64,000 bases of DNA from Octopus bimaculoides (Eukaryota): assembly GCF_001194135.2 (NCBI RefSeq), contig NC_068982.1, forward strand, positions 133,681,883 to 133,745,882, read 5' to 3'. The position numbers and the translations under genes were made by a program. Shown piece by piece: positions 26,300 through 39,407 of the stretch. The notes beneath the pieces were generated by a model. The model did not search any database. It had not been told where the DNA came from and saw only the letters and a program-made list of their open reading frames with translations. The stretch's first letter is position 1. Each line of letters starts with the position of its first letter.

Positions 26300-26485
26300 T
26301 TAGTGAGAATTTACAAAAAGACGAAGGCGGATGTGTAAACAACAAACAGAATTATTAGTTTAACACTCAGGAAGTGAGAAAGTCTTTTACGTTTTAAGCC
26401 TACGCTCATTGACAGAAAGCAACGCATAAATAAACAGGGGGAGAAAATAGAAAAGGTTTAGTGGCTAGCAATCTATCATGGCAAA
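26300..26485. repeat. Dispersed repeat, possibly Penelope-terminal derived; second copy at 25600-25740
   Basis: Shared acaacaaacag...attag...tcagga...aagcctacgctc...acagaaag between the two loci. Confidence 0.45.
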
Positions 26486-26674
26486 TACACACACACACAC
26501 ACTGGGCATTCAGTTTCAGTCTACCAAACTCATTCACAAGGTTTTGGTTAGCCCTAGTCTATAACTGAAGACACCAGGCCAAGATGCCATTTAGTGGGAC
26601 TGAACTTGAAACCATATGGTTGAGAAGCAAGCTTTTTAGGTACACAGCCATGACTGGGCCCAAGGCAAGGTATG

Positions 26675-26711
<37 letters not shown>

Positions 26712-27309
26712 TGCCTTGAGCCTTCAGCTCCTGTTGAAGTCATAAGGTTACTGTTGAAACAAAAAGCATATCTTGGGCATCTGTAGACCTGGCAGAGCCA
26801 ATTTCTCCAAGGCTAACCAACCAGTTTCTTCAGAGAGAGGGATGGAGAATGTGTGTGTGTGTGTGTGTAGAAGAATCAACTGCAATACTGGTATTTTATT
26901 TATTGACCCTCAAAAGGATGAACGACAAAGTTGATTCCCATCAGTGGGTCTTGAATTTAGAGCGCTGACAGCTGGGATGAATACAGCTAAACAATTTATC
27001 CAATGCTTCAATAATTCTACCAATTCACTTTCTGTGTGTGTTTGCTTTGTGTTCCAAAAACATTCAAGTATTCAATAGGCCCGTGTGTCAGAAATGTAGA
27101 AAGTGTGATATGTTAAGGTTGAGGATTATATTTGCTATATTTCTAAGCAATGGTTATTCAGTTGGCTTTTTGGTTGACTGTACAGATAAGAAAATTGAGA
27201 ATGTGTGTGTGTGACTACTCAGAATTTCATTTTCCCAATTATCTGTTGGCTCTATTTCCTGAGTAACAGTAATGTGAAAATCTAGGGAGCAACTCTTACT
27301 TATTTAACT

Positions 27310-27670
27310 TCTTTTATCTTATTTCAGTCATTTGAAGGGTTTTAGTTGAACAAATCAGTCCTAGGAGTTATTATTTTTTGAAGCCTAGTACTTATTTGAT
27401 TGGTCTCTTTTGCTGAACTGTTAACTTACAGGGATGCAAACACTCTACCATTGGTTGTCAAGCTGTAATGGAAGATAAGCACACACATACAGATATATAC
27501 ATATATACAATAGAGCTTCTTTCAGTTTTCTGTCTACCAGATCCACTCACAAGGCTTTGGTTGATTCGAGGGCTATAGTAGAAGACACTTGCCTGTAGTG
27601 TCACACAGTGGTACTGAACCTGGACCCATGTGGTTGAGAAACAAACTTCTTACCACACAGCCATGCCTGC
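27310..27670 (-). mobile_element. SINE family A
   Basis: Reverse complement of the family-A body and head. Confidence 0.8.
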
Positions 27671-28077
27671 ACCTTCAAATAATTATTTCACACTACTTCA
27701 CAATATTGAGTATTCTTCCCTATCTAATTGCAATCACATGGCCATCATCTTTGTCACCATCACTGCCATCTTCTCCTCTTTTCTGCTACTGCTAATGCCA
27801 AGTCTTACTTGATTGTGAGCAAGGTAGTTTTAATTATTTTTTTTTTACTTCACTGGTCTTTTGCACATTGTTCCACCAAATTGTGAGACATTAACAGACT
27901 AACAGACATCACCAGTGTTCAAAAGGTGTCAATGCAAAGCTAATCAGATGGACACACTCACTCACACACATTCACCTATATGACCAGTCTTCACAATTTT
28001 CATCTCTCCAAATCCCTGAGACTGTTGTAGAAGACAGGTGCCTATAAGGCCATACTGTGGAATCAATGCCACTGTGC

Positions 28078-28110
<33 letters not shown>

Positions 28111-28496
28111 CATACATACATACATACATACATACATACATACATACACACATATCAACATCATATACATTTGTTTATTTATATATGTATATAATTTTAG
28201 ATTGGTAATATATGTGTGCGTGTATGTATAAATTGGAATTTGGGTGTGCTATGTTGTTTAATATGAAATAAATTCTATTTTAGGATCTTTTGATAACTTA
28301 ATATGATTTTGTGAGCAAAGGTTTTGATCATTTAATGAAATTTAACTTCAATTGAACCTGTTATGTATCAGTATCAATATCATTGTTACAAAGCTCCCAT
28401 CCACACTCTGACCATATTTTTATTTATGTATAAACTAATGTGATGATAATATATATATATATACATATATGTGTGTTGCGTGAACTAATGTAAGTG

Positions 28497-28548
<52 letters not shown>

Positions 28549-28691
28549 CATAATATTATCTAAGTGAATAGCTATTTTACTATTTCTATATTTCTGTCTC
28601 TGTAAATTTTTCTTCTCTCTCTCTCTTCATCTCATTCCATCCTTACATTTCCCCCCTTCTGTCTGTCTCTCTATGTCTCTCNNNNNNNNNN

Positions 28692-28732
<41 letters not shown>

Positions 28733-29044
28733 TGTCTTACAATCACCCCATCTCTCTGCATCACTTCCCCCTCACTCTCCATTTCATTCCCACCTCATCT
28801 TCTCTTTTCATCTCATTCTTCTGATTCACTCTCTTTTTGCTTCCTTTCTTCCTTTCTCCATCTTATTTCTCCTTCTCCCATCACTTTCTTACCATGTTTT
28901 ATCTTTCCTTCTCTCTTCAGCTCCTTCTTACTGTCTGTCTCCTACCTCTCTATCTAATCCCTTCTGTCTCATCTTTTCTCTTTCTTTCCTCATTTACTAT
29001 CTCAGCAATGTTTACTTGCATTTCATCTCTCTCCTTTTCTCTCT

Positions 29045-29079
<35 letters not shown>

Positions 29080-29241
29080 CACACACACATGCATATGCAG
29101 TCATCCTAAGTGCATTAAGTCTGCTGTTAACTGCTGTATGACATCCACTTTTGTCAGGGTTTCATCATTGCTGCGTATTATCATAACCACCTTCCACCAT
29201 CACCATAACTATCTTATACATCTGACAGATACCTCAACACA

Positions 29242-29283
<42 letters not shown>

Positions 29284-29469
29284 ACAAGAGAGAAAGAGAG
29301 ATACTATTTATATAAACAACTACTGGTGGTAGTGGGTCATATTATTTTGTTTCTTTCCTACTTGACCTGTTTATCAGAGTATTGTAAAGGGATGCTTTCA
29401 GACAGAGAAAATATGAAGTAGACACTTTGTGTATGTCTGTATGTGTATGAGTTTGCATGTATGTTAGTG

Positions 29470-30144
29470 TATGTCTTTGTATAGATGTGAATGAAGTTCT
29501 ACAATTGCAGCAGTTTTTAACCTGGTTTTGCTCAGTTACTTGTTGTTTGCTAAACTTTCCTTGACAAGAGTCCTTGCTATTGCAAAATGTATTTCAGTCA
29601 TAGAATAGAACATGGCTGCTGTAGTGATATATGGACAACTGCTCACTCTGCCTGTACTATTACAAACAATGAGGTTAACCAAGTCTGAGACAGACGCTTA
29701 AGGCAACAAAGTTTTTAGATGATCCAGAATCTTTTATTTTTCTTCGAGTACAATTGATTGGTTGATAAAAACCAGTTTTAGAAGCTCTGCTTCTGTGTCA
29801 TCTTAGATTTCAGAGAATTTAGAGAATGAATGAATGTGCTTTGAGCTTTAACATTTTCCAGTTCTTGTTTTTGCTTCAGATGCAAAAATTTTTGGTTTGT
29901 CTGAGGTGATAAATATTTCTTTAGGTTTAGGTATTTTTTCAACAGCATCCATTAAATCCTGAATTGGTGTAAGATGTAGGACATATTTCAGTTTGGTGAT
30001 TACACTGATATCATATAATGCAAGGAATTTTGACTTAACCAGTTTAGGCTTAGCACCATCCTTAAGCAGTTTTGTGTTGATCAGTATTAGACATGCATCT
30101 GCTTCTTCAGCATTATTAAGATTTAGGTTTTTATTAAGCTCCAT
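29470..30144 (-). pseudogene. Decayed coding remnant in one frame (about 225 codons, 5 internal TAA stops), possibly retrotransposon gag
   Basis: The frame continues without frameshift beyond the 98-aa ORF; protein-like composition; VKSKFLALYDISVITKLKYVLHLTP loosely fits the VEAQF...I....TK..YV..LP pattern of invertebrate Ty3/gypsy gag N-termini. Confidence 0.4.
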
Positions 30145-30518
30145 CCATCTTAGTGTCGTTAGTTAATGAGTTGTAAATCTATAAATCTTTGTTACAAATT
30201 TGTGGTGCATTTGATAATTAAAATAAGTTCCTGGCATTAAGAAAGTGAGAATAAATCTGCACATGATTAATTAATTTCATCACCCCACTTTTTCATCCTT
30301 GCATAAGCTAGACAAAGGTAAATTTTTATACTGCTGGATGTTCTTTCTGTTGCTAACCCTTACCCATTTCCAAGCAAAGTAATATTTCCCCTACTCCTTA
30401 GAACACAAACACTATGATGGCTGGGCATACCTTCATATAAGATTTGCAAATGAATGGTGCCACTTGTATGATATTGACATTTGTTTACAATTAGTATGTG
30501 ATGTTAAGTCAATGATGA

Positions 30519-30549
<31 letters not shown>

Positions 30550-30554
30550 CACAC

Positions 30555-30595
<41 letters not shown>

Positions 30596-33424
30596 CCATC
30601 ACGATTTAACCCTTTTGTGTTCAGATTACTCTTTTAACTGCAATGCTTATTTATTCACATTGTTTTGAATTAGTCGTTCATTAGCTCATAGCTTTGAATT
30701 TCAAGGATGTGATTGCTTACTTTTAGAATAAAATCGGAGGGTAAGTGTAAGAGGCTGGATCTGGGTGGCACGAACATAAAGCAAGTAGAATATTTGAGCT
30801 GTGCATGACCATCTTAAATACTAAAAGCTTAATGTCTGTTTTCCATACTGGCATGGGTTGAACAGCTTGACAGGAACTGGTGAGCCTGAAGACTGATCTC
30901 AATTCCACTGTCTGCTTTGGTATGATTTCTTCTGTTAGATGCACTTATTGATGCTATACATATCATAGGCTTCTTTCAGTGTCTGTCTATTAAATCCACT
31001 GCCAAGGTTTTGGTTGGCCTGGAGTTATAATAGAAGGTATTTTCCCTAGTTGTTGCACAGTGGGACTGAACCTGTAACTACTCAGTTGCAAAGTAAACTT
31101 AATTATGCATCCATGTATGGACCTGTTTAGCTGAGTAAATTGAGGAATGAGTAATAGAGAATGGACTAAATAACTGATGTAATTGTGTTTCATGGTTTAG
31201 TGTGTGTGTAGATAAATTGATCTTGATGGAATATAGAACAAAATAAGCAATTATGTAATATAACACTGTGCACTGATACAAGTTTGGGCTTGTGTTTTGG
31301 TGTGGTTCTGTGTATATATATGTTTCACAGTCTATGAAATTTCATCTAAGTGCATGTTGGTGCATGCTTCACTTGCAGTTGTCTATATTCTAAGTCTGCC
31401 TGTTTGTCTGTCTACCTGTACGTTGTTTACATTTGTTCATGTTGGTGTTTATATATGTCTGGTGAGTGTGTGTACCTTCACACAAATGAGAGTCAGTGAA
31501 TTACTAGAAATACAGAATGAGTTTTCAAAATTAAATATTTTCCCTGAATCAAAACGTTGGAAATAGTATTAGCGTAAATTCACAGGAAATTTTCAATAGG
31601 TGTTGTGCCAAGAATGTTTGTGCTGTAACTGCCATTATTGGATTTTCCTTGTTTCTGTTATTTCGCAAATCATCCAAAGAATGCACACAATTTTTTGAGA
31701 AGTAGAAAGATTTGATATCGACACAAAATAATAATATTTGTTACTGAATAGAATCATTTCTATTGGACATTAGGTTGTATATTCTTGTAATATTACATAA
31801 TTAAATCTGAGAAGTCTTTTTTTTTTTTTTTTTTTTTTGTTCTTATCAAAGCCATCTTATGAGGTTTCAATACTGACGGCTTAATCCTCAACAAAATAGA
31901 GGAATTTTCCTAATTTGAAACTGAGAGAAAAATTAAGAAACTGAAAGGATTTCATATTTGAAATCAGATAGATTCTGGTAGTGATGGTGGAGGTGGTGAT
32001 GGGGAAGCAGGAATTGAATTGAAAGTATTATGAAACCAAAATTGACATTCCAAGCTCAAATAGAAATTCTTGGGGAAAATAAAAATGATTGTAGATTGAT
32101 ATTCATCACAACCACACCACCACCATGAACACCAACACTACTAATTTCAGTTTATGAAAATATCTTTTAATCATTTACAATTGGAAGGTAGCCTTAAAAA
32201 ATAGCTGTTAAAATGAAACTAATTGAAATTGCTGTTTTCCTATGATCTATGGTGTTGTTTAACTCCTAGTCAGTTCTAATCGAGCAGACCTATCTTGTGA
32301 TCAAAGATCTATCGTGTATTTATGTAACTTTCTTTTAAGACAGTAGAGTATATGATTTGAAAGAGTTAGGGCTGCTTTTTCTTGAAATTCAGGGATATAT
32401 TTTCTCAAATGTTTATTCATTAGAATATTTGTAAACATTTGTCTACCCCTACAATTGTCAAAATTTTTTTTGGTTGATTTGTAACTGTATTATTTCATGT
32501 TCAAGATCCACAATAATTTTTTTTCAAACCATGAGAAAATATACATACACAAACACTCACACATATATAGCCTAACTTAATTTTGTTTCTTTCATAACTG
32601 CATCTCTAGAGTTTGGTGTCTTTTGCAAAAATAGCTCTGAAACTCAGTCTTAACTTGGGAGGCACACATGGTATCTTAGAAAGTCACATATGACTCACAA
32701 GTTGCAGTTTGGTGTTGATAGTGTTATTGATATATTATCAGTCATTATTTGATATATCCAGTATTTAATTAAAAGACTGATTCAACTCACTGCTCCATTG
32801 AGATTCAAACTAGAAAGTAGATGGACAAATCTAAATACTTTAAGGTGCCCCCAGGTAGGAGGCGGGGGGGGGGGCATGATGATTGATATGTGAGTTGAAA
32901 AATTGCCATGTTTACTAAAATTAGATAGATTTTAAACTTCTTAAATTTGTCAGAGACTATAGGGAAAAAAGAAGTATTATATAAAGCAAACTCTATTTTG
33001 TCTTTTATTAAAGAGTTGGGAGTGTGAAAGTTTCCTTAATTATTTTAGTCAGGCAGAGGGTTCTCTGATATTTGTCAGTATGAGAATCACTTTATTTTCA
33101 AAGGCACACACCATCATCACACGCCCATTTTCCATGCTGGTATGGATTGAATGGTTTGACAGGAGCTAGCAAGCTGAAGGGCTACACTGACTCCAGTTAT
33201 CTGTTTTGGCAAGGTTTCTGTGGTTGGATACTCTTCTTAATGCCAACCATTTTACAGAATGTACTGGGTGCTTTTTACCTGGCACCAGCATGAGTGCCTT
33301 TAATGTGGCGCCTGCATGGGTGCTATTTATGTGACTCTGGCATAGGTGCTCTTTATGTGGTACCAGCATGGGATGCTATTTACATGGTGCCAGCATGAGA
33401 TGGTACTGAAAAATATATAAGGGC

Positions 33425-34060
33425 AATAATAATTTCTGATCTAAGTACAAAGTCAGCAATTTTGAGGGGAGAAGTGATTCATTACCATTGACCCTGGTAC
33501 TTGACTGGCATTTTATTTTATCAACTATGGAGGATGAAAGTTGAATCCATCAAAGTTGACCCCATCAAAAATTGAACACAAAATGCAAAGAATCAAAAGA
33601 AATACCACAGGCCATTTTGTCTGATGCTCTAACAATTGACCAATCCACTGCTCTCAGAGTGGTTGGCATTAGGAAGGGCATCCAGCCGTAGAAACCATGC
33701 CAAATCAGACTGGTCAAACTGCTCATCCCATTGCAGCATGAACAACAGATGCTGAATGATGATGATGATGAATGGCTTCTGATTTATGCATAAGGGAGGG
33801 AGTTGATACCATTCACTCCAGTACTCAACAGTACTTCATTTTATCGGCCCCAAGAAACGAATGGCAAAGTTAACCTCAGCAGGATTTGAGTTCAAGACAT
33901 AAAGAGCTAGAAGAAATACTGCATGGCATTTTGTCTAACACTAATGATTTATACATAACATCGGTGCAAAACCATCATTTTGATGAGAGGGAGATCATTG
34001 GTTATGTTGATCCCAGTACTTGACTGTTACTTTTATTTCAGTGATCCTAGAAGGATCTGA
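33425..34060 (-). mobile_element. Three same-orientation fragments of SINE family D, with a (GAT)n repeat between the first two
   Basis: Repeated ggggag...accattgaccc.agtact.gactgg.a.tt.atttta.tcgaccc...gaaagg motif. Other copies at about 2900(-), 26880(-), 35040(+), 55200(-), 63060(-) and 63300(+). Confidence 0.7.
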
Positions 34061-34187
34061 TTTACAAGTTCCAGTGAATATATAACATTGAATTACTCAA
34101 TTTAAAATAAAAATGCACTTCATCATCTCAGTATTGAGTGTTTTCTTCTCTAGTAGTCATATATGTGTGTGTGTATGTATCTGTGTG

Positions 34188-34222
<35 letters not shown>

Positions 34223-34232
34223 NNNNNNNNNN

Positions 34233-34266
<34 letters not shown>

Positions 34267-35866
34267 ATACAAGAGAGAGAGTATGTCTTTCCCCCTTCCT
34301 CTCTCTCCCATCTTAAATATCCCAATATTTTCTGTCGATAGAAGAAGCCAAGTTTTCATTCTTTTGTTTTCAGAGATTAACTGCTGTTATTCCTGCCATT
34401 TAACTATGATCTTATTTTTATGCTAAAAATACTCAAAATTTATCACATTTATTCAATTTTACTTTCCTTGTAATTTTATTATTTTTATTATTTTTCATTA
34501 TATGAATACAATTTACACTCATCATAATTATAATTTCAATTGCTATTTCCATTGAAGGATTCTAAAAGATATTCTATAATCCATTGTATTCTTTCACTGA
34601 TCAAAGATAATCATTAGAATTTGGGGCTTGTTATGGTGATCAGAATGAGCAAAAGTTAACACAAGAAAACTTAAATAAAAAGATAACAGTACAATGAGGG
34701 GAATTATAATCTAGCATTTTGGTCAAGGGAAGTTTTCTTTTTCCTTTTGTATGAGCATAGGCATGGTTTTGTGGTTAAGAAGTTCACTTTGCAACTACAT
34801 GGTTTCAGTTTCAGTCCTACTGCGTGGCACCTTGGTCAAGTGCCTTCTATAGTGTGGCGTTGACCAGTGCCTTATGAGTCAATTTGGCCAACAAAAACTT
34901 GTAGCACTCCCTTGTATAAATGTGTGTGTGTGTTCCCTGTCCCCACCACCATACCTGACAACCGATATTGGTTTGTTTATGTCCTTGTAACTTAGAAGCT
35001 CAGTAATACAGATTGATAGTAAAAGATAAATGATAAAGTAAAGAGCATTTAACAAAATGCTTTGCAGTATTTATTCCAGCCTCTTGTACTCTCAGCTCAA
35101 ATCCTGCTGAGGTCAGCCTTATTGTTCACCCTTCCAGTGTTGAGTAAGACACCATTCTGTTGTAGTGGAACCTGTGGAATTGTTAAGCGCTTTGGAAATG
35201 GAACCTTATAGTATTTGTTTAGGTCCTCTGCATTCTAGAAGGTCCATGGCTTAATGACTAGGATATTCAGCTCACAATCGTAAGGCTGTGCATTTGATTC
35301 GTGGTAACATGTTGTGACCTTAAGCAAGATATTTTATTTCTCATTGCTCCAGGCTACTCAGCTGACAAAAATGAATAGTACCTATAGTTCAAAGGGCCAA
35401 CCTTGTTACACTCTGTGTCTTGCTGAATCTCCATGGGAACTACATCAAGAATATGCATGTCTGTGGAATACTCAGCCACTTGCACATTAATTACACTGAC
35501 AGGTTATGTTACTAACAGACAGCCAGGCCTCTGCATTTTCATTTCAAATTTCCTTGTGGCCTCTGTTAATTCATCACTCTGGCCCTTGGATGCCTGTGGT
35601 GGAAGTCACTCTGATGCAAGCATTTGGGCCAGATCTCCAATTTAAAGATAGCTTCATCCCTCTGTACTCCCATCTCAGAGGCCCTGTAAATGGTCATGAG
35701 CATTGCCTTTCCTTTTGATCAGGCAATAAAATGAATAAATGACAATGAATTCATTTGTTGTGAGGAGTTAAAAAATCTGACATTTCCTACACTTGTCCCT
35801 TTATGACAAAAAGAGAAAAATTACTGGACTATATTTTACACTTTTATGAATATACTTCTGCATTGA

Positions 35867-36094
35867 CCCTTTTGTTAATTTATATCTATTGAAATCCACT
35901 GCCTCTGTTTCAATTAATTTTGAAAATAATGGAGAATTTAGTAAAATAACTTCATTATTAAGCTTATGTATAGAACATAAATTAATATGGAGGGGTAGCT
36001 GTTTTTATTTTATGGAAGGTTTTAATTTAGATTGCTTGGGATTGTTTTATCATAGAAAAAGGGTCATCCTCAGTTGAGTTCATATCAAAAGGGG
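35867..36094. mobile_element. piggyBac-type MITE, family B
   Basis: ttga|CCCTTTTGTT ... ATCAAAAGGGG|TTAA; internal ttcaattaattttgaaaataat shared with the 61533 copy. Confidence 0.7.
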
Positions 36095-37224
36095 TTAACT
36101 TCCCTCATCACCTCACTTAAAGACATTCTCCCACCTATTCTTTCTTTTATCTATGAAGAGGGTTGTGAGTTACAAAGTGACTTCACTTGTGCTGGTGCTA
36201 CAAAAAAACTGAAGAAAACAATGCAACCAGTACATTTTGTAAAGTGGATGGTGAATTGAGCAGAGGCAACATGAGGTTTATAAGGTTCTTTCTTCTTGGC
36301 ATAGGCCATTTCAACCTCCCTAGTGATGATGTCATAAAAAAATGCACTCTAGTACACACTGTAAAATGATTGGTGTCAGGAAGAGTATCCAGCCATTGAA
36401 ACCATGCCAAATCAGACATTTGAGCAATACATGGTTGTCCTACCTGTCAGATCAAGTTGAATAATCTAACCCATGCCAGCACAGAAAGCAAACATAAAAT
36501 GATAATAATGATACCACTGACTACCACTACCATTTTCCTTGGATTCCAGACCATCTTACCTTAGATTTATTTTCTTAAGACCTCCCTCTAATTTCTTTAC
36601 GTCTTATCTGTGTTGAACATAATTTCCATGTGCTAATATCTAGTTATGTTTCAAATGGATTTGAAGTGTGATTATAGATACACCTGGTAAACATAAACAC
36701 ACATATATAAAACTTCTCTCTCTCCACCCCTTTTTGCTCTTGCTAGTTTTACTATCACATCAGAGATGCACTATGGTGATGGATGGTGGTGCTGGTGGTG
36801 GCAGCATTAATGTAGTGGTGGTGAATTAAAACCTGTATTTCGTCTAAAGATGATCATGTTTGTTGTGTTAGGTAATTCACTTAGTTCGTACTTGTAACTG
36901 ATATAAACGCTCAAAATTATGTGTGGTTGTTTGTGTGGGTGTGTGTATATAGTAGGATGTTTGGTTGATTAGTTATTGTATGTGTGTGTGGGTAGTTGTT
37001 TGCGTGTGTGCATGTGAGTTGTTGTGTATGTGTAGTGATGTTTACAGTGCTACTTTAAATGTTTTATGTATATGTATGTATGTGTATTCTATTTATTACT
37101 TCAACATGAGTTGTTTCAAAATCAGTAAAATAAACTATAAAATAACAACAACAACCATAACATTTTAGTTAAAACATTATAAAACGTTGCATGAATATTA
37201 TTTATACTAGTTAGCATTTTCTGG

Positions 37225-37560
37225 TTGGATTCCTTTCTCCAGCATGCATCTTCCACATGCATTACATGTCCATAACTGTGCAGTTGTCTCTTTCTGCATA
37301 CATCAGTAAACTCACTTGTGTTCCAGCTTTTATCATTAGTTAACATTGCTCGTTTTAATGGACCTCATTTTTCTCCAATCACAGTAGCTCTGCTTCCATT
37401 CACTGCCCATTTTCCCCTTTCCATAGAACATTATGCTTCTCATTTATGCCTCATATTGTCTGCATATCACATGAAGAGAGAAACCCCCCTTTTTTTTTGT
37501 TGTGAAAGGAATAATAGGAATGATTTTAGGTAGTAGTTCTCCATTCCTTCTACTGTTCAT
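37225..37560 (-). mobile_element. RTE-clade LINE fragment (post-RT region)
   Basis: VCRKRQLHSYGHVMHVEDACW (cf. QERRLRWYGHVMRM) and SIMFYGKG.WAV (cf. AMLHGSETWAV). Confidence 0.6.
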
Positions 37561-38875
37561 CCTTCACAAGACACAAAAGAGCTATTGGTGTTCAATTATT
37601 GCTGTTCAACAGCACAAAGAAAGCTTCAAACTCTACTTTAATGCTAACTTTTACTACAGCCTGGTCAATGTGTCTAGGGTAATAGATGGAAGGTTATAAT
37701 TCAAATTTTACCATTGCAACTATTTTGTTGCATCTCCAAGTTTGTTTTATGTCAGTTTTTCCATGCTAGTACGGGTTAGTTGAATGCATATCATTGAAAC
37801 ATTGTTTCTAAGGTAGATGTCCTTCCTCTCAGTAACTTGTGCCAGTTTTTCAAGTAAAGGATGTTTTTTATTCCCCATGTCTTCAAAAGCACATATCTAG
37901 TGAAAGATTTGTTGAGAGAGAATGATGACGACAAACTTTACTGTTTGTAACTTAGTGCTTTTTCATGTGAAGCACAGAATGTAAGCATTCACACAGATAC
38001 ACACACCATCATGTATATACATATTTATGCATAACACGCACATACACACACTTTATACTGTTTCTATCAACTAAATTCACTGATAAATCTGAACCTGAAA
38101 CTAGGTGGTTGAGCCATTCCTCCAAGTAAGATACTTAATTCTACTTAGCTTCAATTAATTCTGTTGGTATCATAACTAGTTAAAATAAGCTCTATATTTT
38201 CATGTCTTGCTTAGTTTGGAAGAAGGGTCAGTAATTACGGTCTTCTGATATTTACAAGCTTCATAAAGTTGATATTCAATAAGTCAATGAATAAGAAAGT
38301 AAATCCAGTGAGCTGGTTTTAACATTTGTCAGTTAGATGAATGTTCCTTTAGATTTGGTCTATGATATTTTATGTGTTTACCACAACCAGCAGGAGCAGA
38401 CGATCAGTGTTAAGGCATTTTCTGACCCAGAAAAGGATGCAGTTTTTGCTATGTTAGGAATATAGGATCATCAGAGATTGTGAGGTTTAGCAAATGTAGC
38501 AAATTTATGTGGGGTTTAATTGTTAGAGACGGTGAGGTACAAGATTGTCTCCTTGGTAAGTAGTAGTTTTGTATTTGTGCTGTTGAAAGAGAATGTCCTC
38601 ATCAAAGTGTTCATGTCCTCTTTGGAAGATATTTTTGAAGTCTTTGTTCATAGAGGCTGTACCTCGTTAGTGTAAGATGTCTATATTGCATGTGAATGAT
38701 GTTTGTGTGGGGAAAGTTAAGGAAGGCAGTAAAGAGCAGTATTATCAACATAAGAGTGAACACTATTGAAGATGGCGAGCAGATTGTTTGTTACAAGAGA
38801 ATTAATGGAGGAGGAGAGACAAAACTGGGTTGATAGATTGTGGATCAGAAATAGTTTCACCTGCACACTCTATAG

Positions 38876-39407
38876 TAGTGTTTCTCAACCTTTTTACTCT
38901 TGTGTAACCCTTAAAATAAATTATATGTCTTAAGGAACCCCGGCACAAAAAACAAATTATATACCATATATTTCTCATTTTTTCATCATAGTTCACGTGG
39001 TAAATATCATCATCATCGTTTAACTTCCGCTTTCCATGCTAGCGTGGGTTGGATGATTTGACTAAGGACTGGTGAACCAGATGGCTACACCAGGCTCCAA
39101 TCTGATTTGGCAGAGTTTCTACGGCTGGATGCCCTTTCTAATGCTAACCACTCAGAGAGTGTAGTGGGTGCTTTTACATGCCACCATATATATATATATA
39201 TGGTGTCCATAAATTACAGACATCACTAAATATATCCCCAATGGTTGTTATATATTTTTGATAACATAATAGGTTATTAGATTGGATGATGTCTATATTA
39301 CAAGATTACAATAACCAATAATATGTTGTGCATGTATAGTAATATTACAATCATGAAATTAGCATTAGCATCACACTTTCTCGCAGGACCCCAGTTGAGA
39401 AACGTTG
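38876..39407. mobile_element. hAT (Charlie-like) MITE containing a nested retro-repeat
   Basis: TIRs tagtgtttctcaac / gttgagaaacgttg; 8-bp TSD ctctatag / ctctacat resembling the NTCTAGAN target. Confidence 0.75.
39006..39185 (-). mobile_element. (GAT)n-tailed retro-repeat, 5'-truncated, nested in the hAT MITE
   Basis: Near-identical reverse complement of 26113-26283. Confidence 0.85.

Noticed and set aside
29379-29420. Acceptor followed by YCKGMLSDRENM, echoing RENM of exon A
   Set aside because: In-frame TAG follows, the only donor is weak and in the wrong phase, and no other similarity exists.
35520-35710. Minus reading IGDLAQMLASE*LPPQASKGQSDELTEATRKFEMKMQ
   Set aside because: Short, contains stops, no recognised homology.
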